Assembly: GCA_963796455.1 (NCBI GenBank)
Contig: CAWCLO010000010.1
Span: forward strand, 544,001 to 608,000
Length of the DNA: 64,000 nt
Direction of reading: 5' to 3'
Source: Candidatus Sulfomarinibacteraceae bacterium
Lineage (GTDB): Bacteria > Acidobacteriota > Thermoanaerobaculia > Thermoanaerobaculales > Sulfomarinibacteraceae
This document shows, piece after piece, positions 45,662-54,736 of the stretch (positions are counted from its first letter, which is position 1; each line of letters opens with the position of its first letter). The translations under genes and the position numbers were made by a program. Under the pieces are notes generated by a model. The model was given only the letters and a program-made list of their open reading frames with translations. It searched no databases and was not told where the DNA came from.

Positions 45662-46605
45662 CGCCGCCCGCGCGAGGCGCCGCGCCGGAATGGGCGGATC
45701 GCGCCGCCGCCCTGGTGCGACAATGTCCTTTGCGCTGGTCCGTCGGTGCAGGACGCTCGACCGAGGAGGCGCGCGCAAGCGGCTGGTTCCTGGGGGCGGC
45801 GGAATGTGCCGCCGTTTTGTCCGAAAACCCGAAAACCCAGATCGACGCGGCTCGGGCATTCGGCGGGCGGTGGCCTCGGATTTCCGATGGCGAAACCGTG
45901 ATCGCGCCGGCGGTACCGGTCGCCCTGGGGGCTTCGGCCGTAGAGGGCGTCGACGCTGAGTACCTTCTGCAAGACAACGAACTGTGGCGGGAGGCTGCCG
46001 GGGCCCCCCATCTGTTGCTCGCCACCGACGAGGACCCTCGGCTGCAGACCGAGCCCTTTGACCTGCTGTGGTTCGGTCCCTCGGAGCGCTATCTGCTCCG
46101 TCGCGGAGTACTCGAAATCGAAGATCTTTTTGCCCGCCTTCGCACCGGGGCGTCGAGCGGCCTCCTCGATCGTCTGTTGATCCGCGGCCGCCGGCTGCCG
46201 ACCGAGATGCTGGATGGTCTGCAGGCCGCTTCGGAGACGCTGAAGACCGAGATCGAAATCGAACGCCCGGTGGCGCTCCTCGGTGGTGATCGATGGCGCG
46301 ACCCCGGGTTGTTCCTGGCTTCTCGAGCTGACGTCAATGAGGTGAGGCGGACGGGGAGCACGATCGAAATCGCCAGTGTTCACGGTGAGCAGGTCCTCTT
46401 CGAAGCCGAAGAGCACGGCGCGGGCTTCAGTCTCCAGCTGACGCGGGGGAGCTACCCTCTGACCGCTATTTCTCTCGGACTCTCGGAAGAAACGCTGGTT
46501 TTGCGTGCGGCTGTCGACGATCGGGTCGATGTCTTCGCCCCGGGGATGCGAGGGCGCCTGATCTTTGATCTGCGATCGGATCTGGTGGCGCTGGGCTCGA
46601 GTTGA
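45658..46605 (+). CDS. Hypothetical protein
   Basis: 315-aa ORF whose ATG overlaps the upstream stop (ATGA); no family recognised. Confidence 0.6.
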   Translation: MTPPARGAAPEWADRAAALVRQCPLRWSVGAGRSTEEARASGWFLGAAECAAVLSENPKTQIDAARAFGGRWPRISDGETVIAPAVPVALGASAVEGVDAEYLLQDNELWREAAGAPHLLLATDEDPRLQTEPFDLLWFGPSERYLLRRGVLEIEDLFARLRTGASSGLLDRLLIRGRRLPTEMLDGLQAASETLKTEIEIERPVALLGGDRWRDPGLFLASRADVNEVRRTGSTIEIASVHGEQVLFEAEEHGAGFSLQLTRGSYPLTAISLGLSEETLVLRAAVDDRVDVFAPGMRGRLIFDLRSDLVALGSS

Positions 46606-46623
46606 GCCGGCGGGACCGGGGAT

Positions 46624-47403
46624 TCAGAACTGGTAGGTGCGATCCTGAACCAACTCCTCCACCGGCCGCGGGAGGGCGGTGTTTTTGATCTCCTCGCGAA
46701 GCTCGTCAACATACGGCGGCTTGAAATGGTAGAGATAGACGGGAACATCGCGGGTCAATTTTGCAAGCTCGACGGCGAGAGTCTGCGGTGTCAGATGCAA
46801 GCTGACATCGGCAACATTTTGCATCCGGTTCGGGAAGGAGACCTCGGTGATCAAAGCAGCAAGATCCTCGGTGGCGTTGGCCACTTCCCAGATCCGGTCG
46901 GTCGGCCCGGTGTCGGATGTGAAAATCACACTCGATCCGCCTTGACGGAGAAGCACCCCGGTGGTCGGCACGATGTGGTTGACCTCAATGGCCACCACCT
47001 CCAGATCTCCAGACGGGAGATCAGTGATCACGAAGGGTCGCTCAACTTCCATTTCTTCAAACTTCACCGAGGGGTACATATGGTTCGGAATGCGGGTGAA
47101 GTCCGGCCAGGTGTCGTTGTTGAAGAGGTGCCGGCGGACCCCGGCAAGAACGCGCTTGGTGCAGAAGATCGACACCGGTTGATCGCTCGAGCCGAAGGAG
47201 TTCTCGATCAGAAACGGCAGCGTGTTGGTGTGATCCATGTGCGTGTGGGTGATCAAAACGTGACGCAGCTTGCGCTGCTCCTCGATGGTCAGGGCGCGGG
47301 TGATGGCACCGGCGTCCACAGCGACACGGCCGTCGATCAAGAACGAAGTCATCCGGCAATCAGGACTATCGCCCCCAAAGCTGCCAAGTACCCGAAAATC
47401 CAT
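46624..47403 (-). CDS. MBL-fold 3',5'-cyclic-nucleotide phosphodiesterase (class II-like)
   Basis: VLG..GG, DAG, THTHMDH, FN...WPDF, H.VP, SDTGP, HLTP. Confidence 0.8.
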   Translation of the reverse strand: MDFRVLGSFGGDSPDCRMTSFLIDGRVAVDAGAITRALTIEEQRKLRHVLITHTHMDHTNTLPFLIENSFGSSDQPVSIFCTKRVLAGVRRHLFNNDTWPDFTRIPNHMYPSVKFEEMEVERPFVITDLPSGDLEVVAIEVNHIVPTTGVLLRQGGSSVIFTSDTGPTDRIWEVANATEDLAALITEVSFPNRMQNVADVSLHLTPQTLAVELAKLTRDVPVYLYHFKPPYVDELREEIKNTALPRPVEELVQDRTYQF

Positions 47404-47444
47404 GAACCGAGTATACCCGCACCGAAGCGGTTAACATGAGTGCG

Positions 47445-47573
47445 ATGCGTCACTCAACGAACCGGATGTTGCGGCTCGGGCTTCTGCTCTCAGGTGGCGG
47501 TGTGCGTGTGCGGCGGCGAGTGGCGGAACTTGACGCCTTAGAAGATCTCGCCGCCGGCCTCGCGGCGGGGGGG
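47445..47573 (+). other. Probable N-terminal segment of dprA, out of frame at a G7 run
   Basis: MRHSTNRMLRLGLLLSGGG...LAAG joins APRATLDTAERMAADE if the G7 at 47567-47573 were G8 or G5. Confidence 0.6.
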
Positions 47574-47605
47574 CGCCCCGCGCAACTCTTGATACAGCCG
47601 AAAGG

Positions 47606-48523
47606 ATGGCGGCGGACGAAGCTGCGACCGTCCTTGACCGAGTCGTGGCGGCCGGTTGGCGATGGTTGATTCCGGGAGACGAGGACTTTCCGGAACACCT
47701 GGCTGCGATCAGCGACCCGCCGCTGGGCCTTTTTGTCCGCGGAACGCTGCGCAAGGGGAAAAGGGTCGCCATCGTCGGATCAAGAAAGGCGACGCCCTAT
47801 GGGCTTCAGGTGGCGCGGCTCCTGGGCGAGGAGCTCGGTCGGGAGGGCGTGGTCATGGTCTCCGGGATGGCCCGGGGAGTAGACGCGGCGGCCCACCGCG
47901 GCGCGCTCGCCGCCTCCGGCCCAACCTGGGCGGTGTGGGGCACCGGCCCGGACCGCATTTATCCTCCGGAACACGCGGAGCTTGCCGAAGAGATCGCGAG
48001 CTCTGGCGCGGTGCTCACCGAGTTTCCACCGGGAACCCCTCCCCGCCCGCACCACTTTCCGCAACGCAACCGTATTCTCGCCGGCTTGGCGACGGCGGTC
48101 GTGGTGGTTGAAGCAGCGGCCCGATCCGGCGCCCTGGTGACGGCGCGTCTCGCGGTCGAAGAGGGGCGGGAGGTTTTGGCGGTCCCGGGCAATATCTTTT
48201 CCGAGGCCTCGGTTGGACCGAACACCCTGCTTCGGGTCGGGGCGCGGCCGCTGCTCACACCACGCGATTTGTTTGACGCGATCGGTCACCAGCCGACGCT
48301 TCACGAAAACAAACCGGATCGAAGAGGGCTCCTGCGTTTCATCGACGGAGGCGAGGCGCTCTCGGTGGACCAGCTTGCGGCGCGGGCCCAGGTGGAGGTT
48401 TCTTCGGTGGCGGCCGATTTGCTCACGCTCGAGCTCTCGGGAGAGATCGAACGACGACCCGATGGCCGATACTCCAGGATTCGCGGCGTGCCGTTGATGC
48501 CGGTTGATTCGAAGGACGCATGA
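47606..48523 (+). CDS. dprA: DNA-processing protein DprA (N-terminus displaced by a frameshift)
   Basis: DPP..LF.RG, VAIVGSR, VSGMARGVD..AH, FP.RNRI, SGAL.TA, GREV.AVPG. Confidence 0.9.
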   Translation: MAADEAATVLDRVVAAGWRWLIPGDEDFPEHLAAISDPPLGLFVRGTLRKGKRVAIVGSRKATPYGLQVARLLGEELGREGVVMVSGMARGVDAAAHRGALAASGPTWAVWGTGPDRIYPPEHAELAEEIASSGAVLTEFPPGTPPRPHHFPQRNRILAGLATAVVVVEAAARSGALVTARLAVEEGREVLAVPGNIFSEASVGPNTLLRVGARPLLTPRDLFDAIGHQPTLHENKPDRRGLLRFIDGGEALSVDQLAARAQVEVSSVAADLLTLELSGEIERRPDGRYSRIRGVPLMPVDSKDA

Positions 48524-49860
48524 AAGAGCTCAAGGAAGTTCTTGTTGTTGGCGGGGGTCTCGCGGGCTGCGAGGCTGCTTGGCAGTTGGCTTGTGCCGGC
48601 GCCCGGGTCCATCTGGTGGAGATGCGACCGACCCGGACGACACCGGTTCATCAAAGCGGTCAACTGGCTGAGTTGGTCTGCTCCAACTCCCTGCGCGGCG
48701 ACGCGCCAACCAATGCGGTGGGTGTCTTGAAGGCGGAAATGGAAGCCCTGGGCTCTTTGATCATCACCACCGCCCGCCGCGCGTCCCTGCCGGCCGGTGG
48801 CGCACTGGCGGTGGACCGGGAGCTCTTCTCCGATGGTGTGGCCGCCGCCATCGAGGGCCATCCGGCAATCACGGTCGAACGGAAGGAGGTGTCCGAGCTT
48901 CCCGAAGGACCAGCGATCATCGCCACGGGCCCGCTGACCTCGCCCGCGCTCCACCGGGCGCTCGACGAGCTCTTTGACGACCGGCCCCTGTCTTTCTTCG
49001 ATGCTGTGGCTCCGATCGTCGCCTCCGATTCGTTGGACATGGCGCGTCTTTTTCGAGCCTCCCGCTACGGCAAGGGCGATGGCGCGGATTACCTCAACTC
49101 TTCCCTCGATCGAGATGGATATGAACGCTTTATCGACGCTTTGTTGGCGGCCGAAAAGACCCCCTTCAAGGAATTCGAGAACCGCGATATCAGCTATTTC
49201 GAGGGTTGTCTCCCGATCGAGGTCATGGCCGAACGCGGGCGAGAGACTCTGCGCTTCGGACCCATGAAACCGGTCGGCTTGACCGACCCCACCACCGACC
49301 GTCGCCCCTGGGCGGTGGTTCAGCTGCGCCAGGACGATCTCGCCGCTGATCACTGGAACCTGGTGGGCTTTCAAACCAAGCTGACTCACGGAGAACAAAA
49401 ACGCGTTTTTCGAATGCTTCCGGGACTCGAAAACGCGCGCTTTGTCCGCCTCGGCATGATTCACCGCAACACCTTTATCAATGCACCGGTCCACCTCGAC
49501 TCCGTCCTCCGGCTTCGTCAACGCCCGGATCTCCGCCTGGCCGGCCAGATGACCGGCGTCGAGGGCTATGTGGAGTCCGCTGCGACCGGTTTGATCGCGG
49601 CGCGCTGTCTTGCCGCCGAACTCGCGGGAGCCGAAGCAACCCCGCCGCCGCCGGAAACAGCGCTCGGCGGTCTGATGCGCCACCTCTCGGCCTCCGACCC
49701 GGGGGGCTTCCAGCCCTCCAATATCAACTGGGGGTTGATGGTCCGACCACAGGAGGTCTGCGCCATCCGCGGCCGGCGGGAGCGCCGACTTCTTCACGCC
49801 GAGATCGCACTTGAGCGGAGCGCCGCCTGGGCGGCAGATCTTCAGGCGCGGAGTGGGTGA
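48520..49860 (+). CDS. trmFO: tRNA (uracil-54) methyltransferase TrmFO
   Basis: GGGLAGCEAAWQ, ELVCSNS, FEGCLPIE, GPMKPVGL, HRNTF, GVEGY. Confidence 0.96.
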   Translation: MKELKEVLVVGGGLAGCEAAWQLACAGARVHLVEMRPTRTTPVHQSGQLAELVCSNSLRGDAPTNAVGVLKAEMEALGSLIITTARRASLPAGGALAVDRELFSDGVAAAIEGHPAITVERKEVSELPEGPAIIATGPLTSPALHRALDELFDDRPLSFFDAVAPIVASDSLDMARLFRASRYGKGDGADYLNSSLDRDGYERFIDALLAAEKTPFKEFENRDISYFEGCLPIEVMAERGRETLRFGPMKPVGLTDPTTDRRPWAVVQLRQDDLAADHWNLVGFQTKLTHGEQKRVFRMLPGLENARFVRLGMIHRNTFINAPVHLDSVLRLRQRPDLRLAGQMTGVEGYVESAATGLIAARCLAAELAGAEATPPPPETALGGLMRHLSASDPGGFQPSNINWGLMVRPQEVCAIRGRRERRLLHAEIALERSAAWAADLQARSG

Positions 49861-49937
49861 CCGGGGTCACCCACGGCCGCCCGCGAGCGAACCTTTTGGC
49901 TTTGTTCAGCGTCTCTTCTTATATGAGAGATCAAAAA

Positions 49938-50183
49938 ATGGACCAATTTGTCATTCGCACCGTGCGGCGGGTGATTGATCAGGGAGCGGCCATCAACCGG
50001 GCCGAGGCGGCCCGGTCGAAACTGGTTGTTGCCGATTCCGGTGATCACGCCGAACTTCTGGTCTTGTCTTCCGGTGAGCCGGTTGACCGGGGTGTGCGGT
50101 TTGAGCATCAAGGAATGTGGTGGGTTGTCACTGGCCGTCGCCGGGACAGCGGTGTCGCCGTGGCCGAGCCCGCCGAACACTGA
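49938..50183 (+). CDS. Small hypothetical protein
   Basis: 81-aa beta-rich ORF filling the trmFO-xerC gap. Confidence 0.55.
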   Translation: MDQFVIRTVRRVIDQGAAINRAEAARSKLVVADSGDHAELLVLSSGEPVDRGVRFEHQGMWWVVTGRRRDSGVAVAEPAEH

Positions 50184-50218
50184 AACCCGCCATGGCAGGT
50201 TGCTGAAGATGCCGGCGG

Positions 50219-51127
50219 TCAGCCGCGCGGATGGCTCTTTTGGTGAACCGCCATCAAATGTGCGAGATCGACCTTGGTGTAGACCTGGGTGGTGGCGAGT
50301 GAGCTGTGGCCAAGAAGCTCCTGAATGGCCCGGAGATCCATTCCGGCCTCGAGAAGGTGGGTAGCGAAGGCGTGCCGCAGGGCGTGGGGGTGGAGGTGGT
50401 TGAGGTCGGCGCTGCGGCGAACCCCCTGGTCGAGGATCCTCCGCACCGAACGATCGCTGATTCGGCCGCCGCGCTGATTGACAAAGAGGGGTTCCTGATC
50501 GTCTGTGGTCTTGGCGCGAAAGCAGGCCCGATCGGGTAGGTAACGGGTGATCGCCGCCGCCGCGGGGCGGCCAAAAGGCACCAGCCGCTCCTTGCGGCCC
50601 TTGCCGCGGACCCGGACCACCCGTTGGCCGATCTGAACATCGGCGAGATCCAGACCGACCAGTTCGCTGACCCGGAGCCCGGCGGCGTACAAGAGTTCGA
50701 TGAGCGCCCGATCGCGGCGACCGGCGGGTGTGTCAGGGAAGCCCTCGATGATGGCTTCGATGGTGTAGCGATCAGTAACATCCGGCGTGTGGACCGTGTC
50801 CTTCGGGTGCGATACGGAATCGGCGGGGCTCGATTGCAGCCGGTCTTCGGTCACGAGGAATCGGAAATAGGTCCGCAGGGCCGCCAGGGCCCGGCCGATC
50901 GAGCTCGCCGCAAGTCCGCGCGAGTGCAGATGGGCGAGATATGTCCGGACAGAGTTCGGGAGCACAGCATCCGGCGCTTCGATCTCGAGCTCTTGGTGGG
51001 AAAAATCGATAAAGCGACCGAGTTCCCGGCGGTAGGCGAACAGGGTGGCGGGAGACAGGTTGCGTTCCCACTCGAGGTGCTCGAAAAACCGCTCTGCCAA
51101 CCAGCGTTCATCGTTCGCGGCCGTCAT
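50219..51127 (-). CDS. xerC: Tyrosine recombinase XerC/XerD family
   Basis: LY..GLRVSEL, GKG.KER, HPHALRH.FATH, LGH.SL.TTQ.Y; ATG overlaps the upstream stop. Confidence 0.88.
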   Translation of the reverse strand: MTAANDERWLAERFFEHLEWERNLSPATLFAYRRELGRFIDFSHQELEIEAPDAVLPNSVRTYLAHLHSRGLAASSIGRALAALRTYFRFLVTEDRLQSSPADSVSHPKDTVHTPDVTDRYTIEAIIEGFPDTPAGRRDRALIELLYAAGLRVSELVGLDLADVQIGQRVVRVRGKGRKERLVPFGRPAAAAITRYLPDRACFRAKTTDDQEPLFVNQRGGRISDRSVRRILDQGVRRSADLNHLHPHALRHAFATHLLEAGMDLRAIQELLGHSSLATTQVYTKVDLAHLMAVHQKSHPRG

Positions 51128-51939
51128 TTCAGAACCTCGGGTCGCGGCGGGAGGGAACCGGAAGCGCGCCTCCAGGCGATCCTGAAGACGTCTCGAAGCA
51201 TCTGCATCGAATGGCGGACAGCGAGCACTCTCGACGCCTCCACATGGCTCCACCGAACCCCCAGCTCACGAGTTGAGAATCCCCAGTGTTGAGCCACCAC
51301 CAGGTGTTCCACGTCGAAGGCAAAACCATCGGTCTGTTGGACGGCGGCAAGGGATCGCGCGAGATCCCCCGGGTAGAGTTTGAAGCCGCATTGGGTGTCC
51401 TTGTGGTTGGTCAGCCCAAGAGCCTGGACAGCGAGGTTGAAGGTTCGACCCATCACATCCCGATGCCGGGGCTGGCGCTCGCCAATCAATCGGCGGTTCA
51501 CTGCCCGCGACCCGATGGCGACAAATCCCTCATCCACGGCAGCACTTAGAATTCCGAGCTCCTCGATCGGCGCCGAAAGATCCGCGTCGGTCAGCAGAAC
51601 CAGAGCGCCCCTCGAGAGCGCGAACCCGGTTCGGACCGCGGCCCCTTTGCCGCGGTTGATGTCGTGAGTCGCCAGACAGGTTTCGACTCCCGTGGGAGTG
51701 TTGACGGATAAGGCCGCATCACCGGTATGATCTGACGACCCGTCATCGACCACGATGATCTCGGTCGGCAACCAGCGGCTGTTTGCGCCGAGGAAGTCGC
51801 CGATTCTCTCCAGGGTGGGTGGCAATCGATCGGCTTCGTTCAGCGCGGGCACGACCACGCTGAGGGTCATCGCTTGCGGATCGGTCGTCGTCGTGCGACG
51901 AAGATCCTCCCGCGACGCGGGTTGCTTGGAATCACTCAC
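51124..51939 (-). CDS. GT2 glycosyltransferase (dolichyl-phosphate glucosyltransferase-like)
   Basis: SVVVPA.NE, VDDGS.D, NRGKG.AV, DAD, DTQCGFK, FDVE; alternative start ATG 51870. Confidence 0.88.
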   Translation of the reverse strand: MSDSKQPASREDLRRTTTTDPQAMTLSVVVPALNEADRLPPTLERIGDFLGANSRWLPTEIIVVDDGSSDHTGDAALSVNTPTGVETCLATHDINRGKGAAVRTGFALSRGALVLLTDADLSAPIEELGILSAAVDEGFVAIGSRAVNRRLIGERQPRHRDVMGRTFNLAVQALGLTNHKDTQCGFKLYPGDLARSLAAVQQTDGFAFDVEHLVVAQHWGFSTRELGVRWSHVEASRVLAVRHSMQMLRDVFRIAWRRASGSLPPRPEVLK

Positions 51940-52001
51940 ACAACCAACTTAGCGAACCCGTGAGGTGAAGTCGATTGCAAAACGTGCGGCTGGCTCGCCC
52001 C

Positions 52002-52490
52002 TCAGGGGGCCTCGTCCACCAGCGACAGAACGGATCCCCCCGCCCAACCCAGAAGAGAATTCTCGCTGCCAAGCAACCCGGTCAGACCGCCGGTCAGGAC
52101 GCCGACCAGCGCGGCTGCCAAAACCCAGGGCACGCGCCTGGGAGGTACCGCAGCTTCGAATTTCACCCCGGCCAGCATCATTCCCGGGGTTCCATGACGG
52201 ACCACGACCAGCGCGGCAGCGGCAAAAATCCACCAGATGACGGCCAGGCCGGCCGCCCACGCAAAGGCAGGTATTGCGGGGCGCTCGCCGAGCAGCAGAA
52301 TGGCCAGGAGAGCTGCGGTGCAGACCGCCAGAATCGCTACCAGATCGGCCCACGATGTGGCCATGAGCGTCACCAATGGCGGGCCCTTGCTGTCGTCCTC
52401 ATCAGGAGGAGGGGGATCATCCGGCAACACAGCCACTTCGCGGTCGGAGAGAGCGTCCCAATCGGTGGGGATCTCGGTCTTTTCGCTCAT
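52002..52490 (-). CDS. RDD-like membrane protein
   Basis: Two to three TM helices, A...D, TPG..L.G pattern. Confidence 0.55.
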   Translation of the reverse strand: MSEKTEIPTDWDALSDREVAVLPDDPPPPDEDDSKGPPLVTLMATSWADLVAILAVCTAALLAILLLGERPAIPAFAWAAGLAVIWWIFAAAALVVVRHGTPGMMLAGVKFEAAVPPRRVPWVLAAALVGVLTGGLTGLLGSENSLLGWAGGSVLSLVDEAP

Positions 52491-54655
52491 CGTTTATCAA
52501 TGCTGCCGACAAATATCTCGAGCTGCATATCCACCGGCCGGGCTTTGTAGAGTTCGATGAACTCGAGCATCCGTGGGACCTCTTCGTCGTCGGGTTGGCG
52601 GTCCTTGAGTTCGGACAAAAACACCTCGGCTTCGGAAAGGTTGAACGCCCGCAACTCGGAGAGTCCGGCGTTGAAAAGACTACGGTCATAGAAACGCTGC
52701 AGATCCGCGTCCTCGGGATAACGATCAAAAAGGTCTCTGGTAATACCGAGAGCGGCACGGTAGTCGCTTGAGGCCATCGCGCGGTAGAGATTGGCGGCGT
52801 CGGGCTCTGCCGCGAGAACCTGTTCGCGAACCTCCTCGAGCGACGGGTCATTCGGAGAAATCTGGAGCTCGAGCATCACCCGCTCGTAGGCTGCAATCCA
52901 CCGCTCTCCGGCCACCAATTCGCGACATGCAGCGAGACCGGCGGGAACCGGGGTCGGTACCGGTGTTGCCACCATCTTCCGGTACTCGCTGAGGCGGTTG
53001 TTGATGCGCACCTGAAACTGGTCGTCGGATGAGTTTTCTTCGAGGAGCACGATCGCTTCATCGATCTTCTTCAGGTTGTAGAGTTCAGCGGCCTCCACCA
53101 GGACCCGGTTGACGACGGTGATTCGAGCTTCTTCTGGCGCATCGGGCGCAAAAACGCCCGCAACCCACAAAGAAATGGAAATGACAAAGGTAGCGGTAGC
53201 GCCGATGACGACCCACCACTGCCACGGAATGCGCCTCTTTGGTTTGTCCGGCGTCCGCCACTCACCCTCGAGCGTCTGCGAGGTCCGCGCCACCTCTGCG
53301 CCAAAATCGGAAGTCGTGGCAAATTCGTCGGTGAAGAGCTCGTCCTCGAGATCCGGCATCTCCGGAGCGGCCGGCGAATCGCTTGTTGCAGACTTTGGCG
53401 GTGCTCCCCGGTTGATCTTTTCTTGCAGCCGGGTGGCCTCGACGTGCCTGGGCCAGAGCGAGAGAACGCGCTCGGCGAAATCCCTCGCGAGCTCCACATC
53501 GCCACTTTCGAGAGCGGCCTCGGCGTCAACCAACATGGGGTCGACCCGCCGTTCCAGTTCTTCCATCGCGTGGCGGATGTGGCCGATGCGGTCGAGGGCC
53601 TCTTCGTGGCCATGGTCGATGAGAAGCACTCGTGACCAGGCATCGATGGCCTCGGCATAACGGTCCGCTGCTGCCGCTTCTCCGCCCTTGGCGAGCAGGG
53701 CGCGAATTGCGGCCACAGAGTCATCAGGGTCGATTTCAGCGCCAGCGTCCTCGAAGGTGGTCGGTCCGGCGTCGAAGAGGTCCGCGACACCATCCGCCGG
53801 GGCTTCGTAATAGGGCTCCTCGGTGGCAAAACCGGTGACCGCCTCGGCCGCGTCATCCCCCTCCTGCAAGCTGGTTTCTTCGTCTCCATTGTCCGCGGGC
53901 GGCGGATCAAAATCCGGCACGGTGTCAGCCGACACTTCGCCGGTGGCTGGGCCGTCGTCTGTTTCGGGCGTTTCTGCAAACAAGTCGGCGGTTTCGGCGG
54001 CGGCAAACTCGACCCCGCCGTCAGCGGGCTCTTCAAAAGAGATCTTCTGGGTTTCGGCGGGGTCGGCAACAAAGCCCGCCTGGGCCATGGACATTCCACC
54101 GGCCTTTTCGATCTCGGCGATTGTGGTCGCAATCTCCGGGTGGTGGGGATCGAGCGCCTGCGCCATCATGACAAAATTGGCGGCCTCTTGAGAATTGCCA
54201 TTGCCCAGGGCGTCTCTGGCCTGGCTGAGAAACTGGCCGACCTGGTTCGTGCCCTTGTCTGCTTCTTCGATCTGGGACATCAGGGCGCGGGCCTCAGCGT
54301 GACCAGGTAGATCCAAGAGTACGGTTTCGAGCTTTTCTCTGGCGGCCGAAAAATCTCGATTGTTGAAGTCCTCGACCGCTTCAACCACCAGACTGTTGAT
54401 GGCATCGGTGGTCGGTGCCTGGAGCTGCGAAACAACCTCGTTGAGATCGATTTCCGCGGCGCCGGACGAAAGTTGTTCGTGAAGGTTCAGAGCGGGTGCA
54501 TATGCCGGATCCAAGCGGAGAACGAACTCGATGCCGATGAGGGCTTCCTCGCGGTTGCCCTGCTGGAGTTTGTCGACCACTTGCTTGAATGCGGACATGA
54601 CACGGTCCTGGGCCTGGGGGGAGAGCTCGGGATTGCCGGGATACGCCATGATCAT
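52487..54655 (-). CDS. Large TPR-like membrane protein
   Basis: Helical repeats (LDP....A), long acidic linker, single TM (WWVVIGATATFVISISLWVAG), C-terminal helical repeats. Confidence 0.7.
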   Translation of the reverse strand: MIMAYPGNPELSPQAQDRVMSAFKQVVDKLQQGNREEALIGIEFVLRLDPAYAPALNLHEQLSSGAAEIDLNEVVSQLQAPTTDAINSLVVEAVEDFNNRDFSAAREKLETVLLDLPGHAEARALMSQIEEADKGTNQVGQFLSQARDALGNGNSQEAANFVMMAQALDPHHPEIATTIAEIEKAGGMSMAQAGFVADPAETQKISFEEPADGGVEFAAAETADLFAETPETDDGPATGEVSADTVPDFDPPPADNGDEETSLQEGDDAAEAVTGFATEEPYYEAPADGVADLFDAGPTTFEDAGAEIDPDDSVAAIRALLAKGGEAAAADRYAEAIDAWSRVLLIDHGHEEALDRIGHIRHAMEELERRVDPMLVDAEAALESGDVELARDFAERVLSLWPRHVEATRLQEKINRGAPPKSATSDSPAAPEMPDLEDELFTDEFATTSDFGAEVARTSQTLEGEWRTPDKPKRRIPWQWWVVIGATATFVISISLWVAGVFAPDAPEEARITVVNRVLVEAAELYNLKKIDEAIVLLEENSSDDQFQVRINNRLSEYRKMVATPVPTPVPAGLAACRELVAGERWIAAYERVMLELQISPNDPSLEEVREQVLAAEPDAANLYRAMASSDYRAALGITRDLFDRYPEDADLQRFYDRSLFNAGLSELRAFNLSEAEVFLSELKDRQPDDEEVPRMLEFIELYKARPVDMQLEIFVGSIDKR

Positions 54656-54736
54656 CCATGTTATCAGGCGTTTTTGTGAAGGGTCAACGGAGTCGGTGAA
54701 TCAGCGGGTCCCTTGATGCTGCGGGCCGGTCCGCCT

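Noticed and set aside
50219..51127. Phage or island integrase
   Set aside because: Size and motifs fit a housekeeping XerC; it is next to trmFO, with no att repeats or cargo genes
51305..51320. Third parS-like site TGTTCCACGTCGAAGG
   Set aside because: Three mismatches in one half, and it is explained by the conserved FDVE motif of the glycosyltransferase
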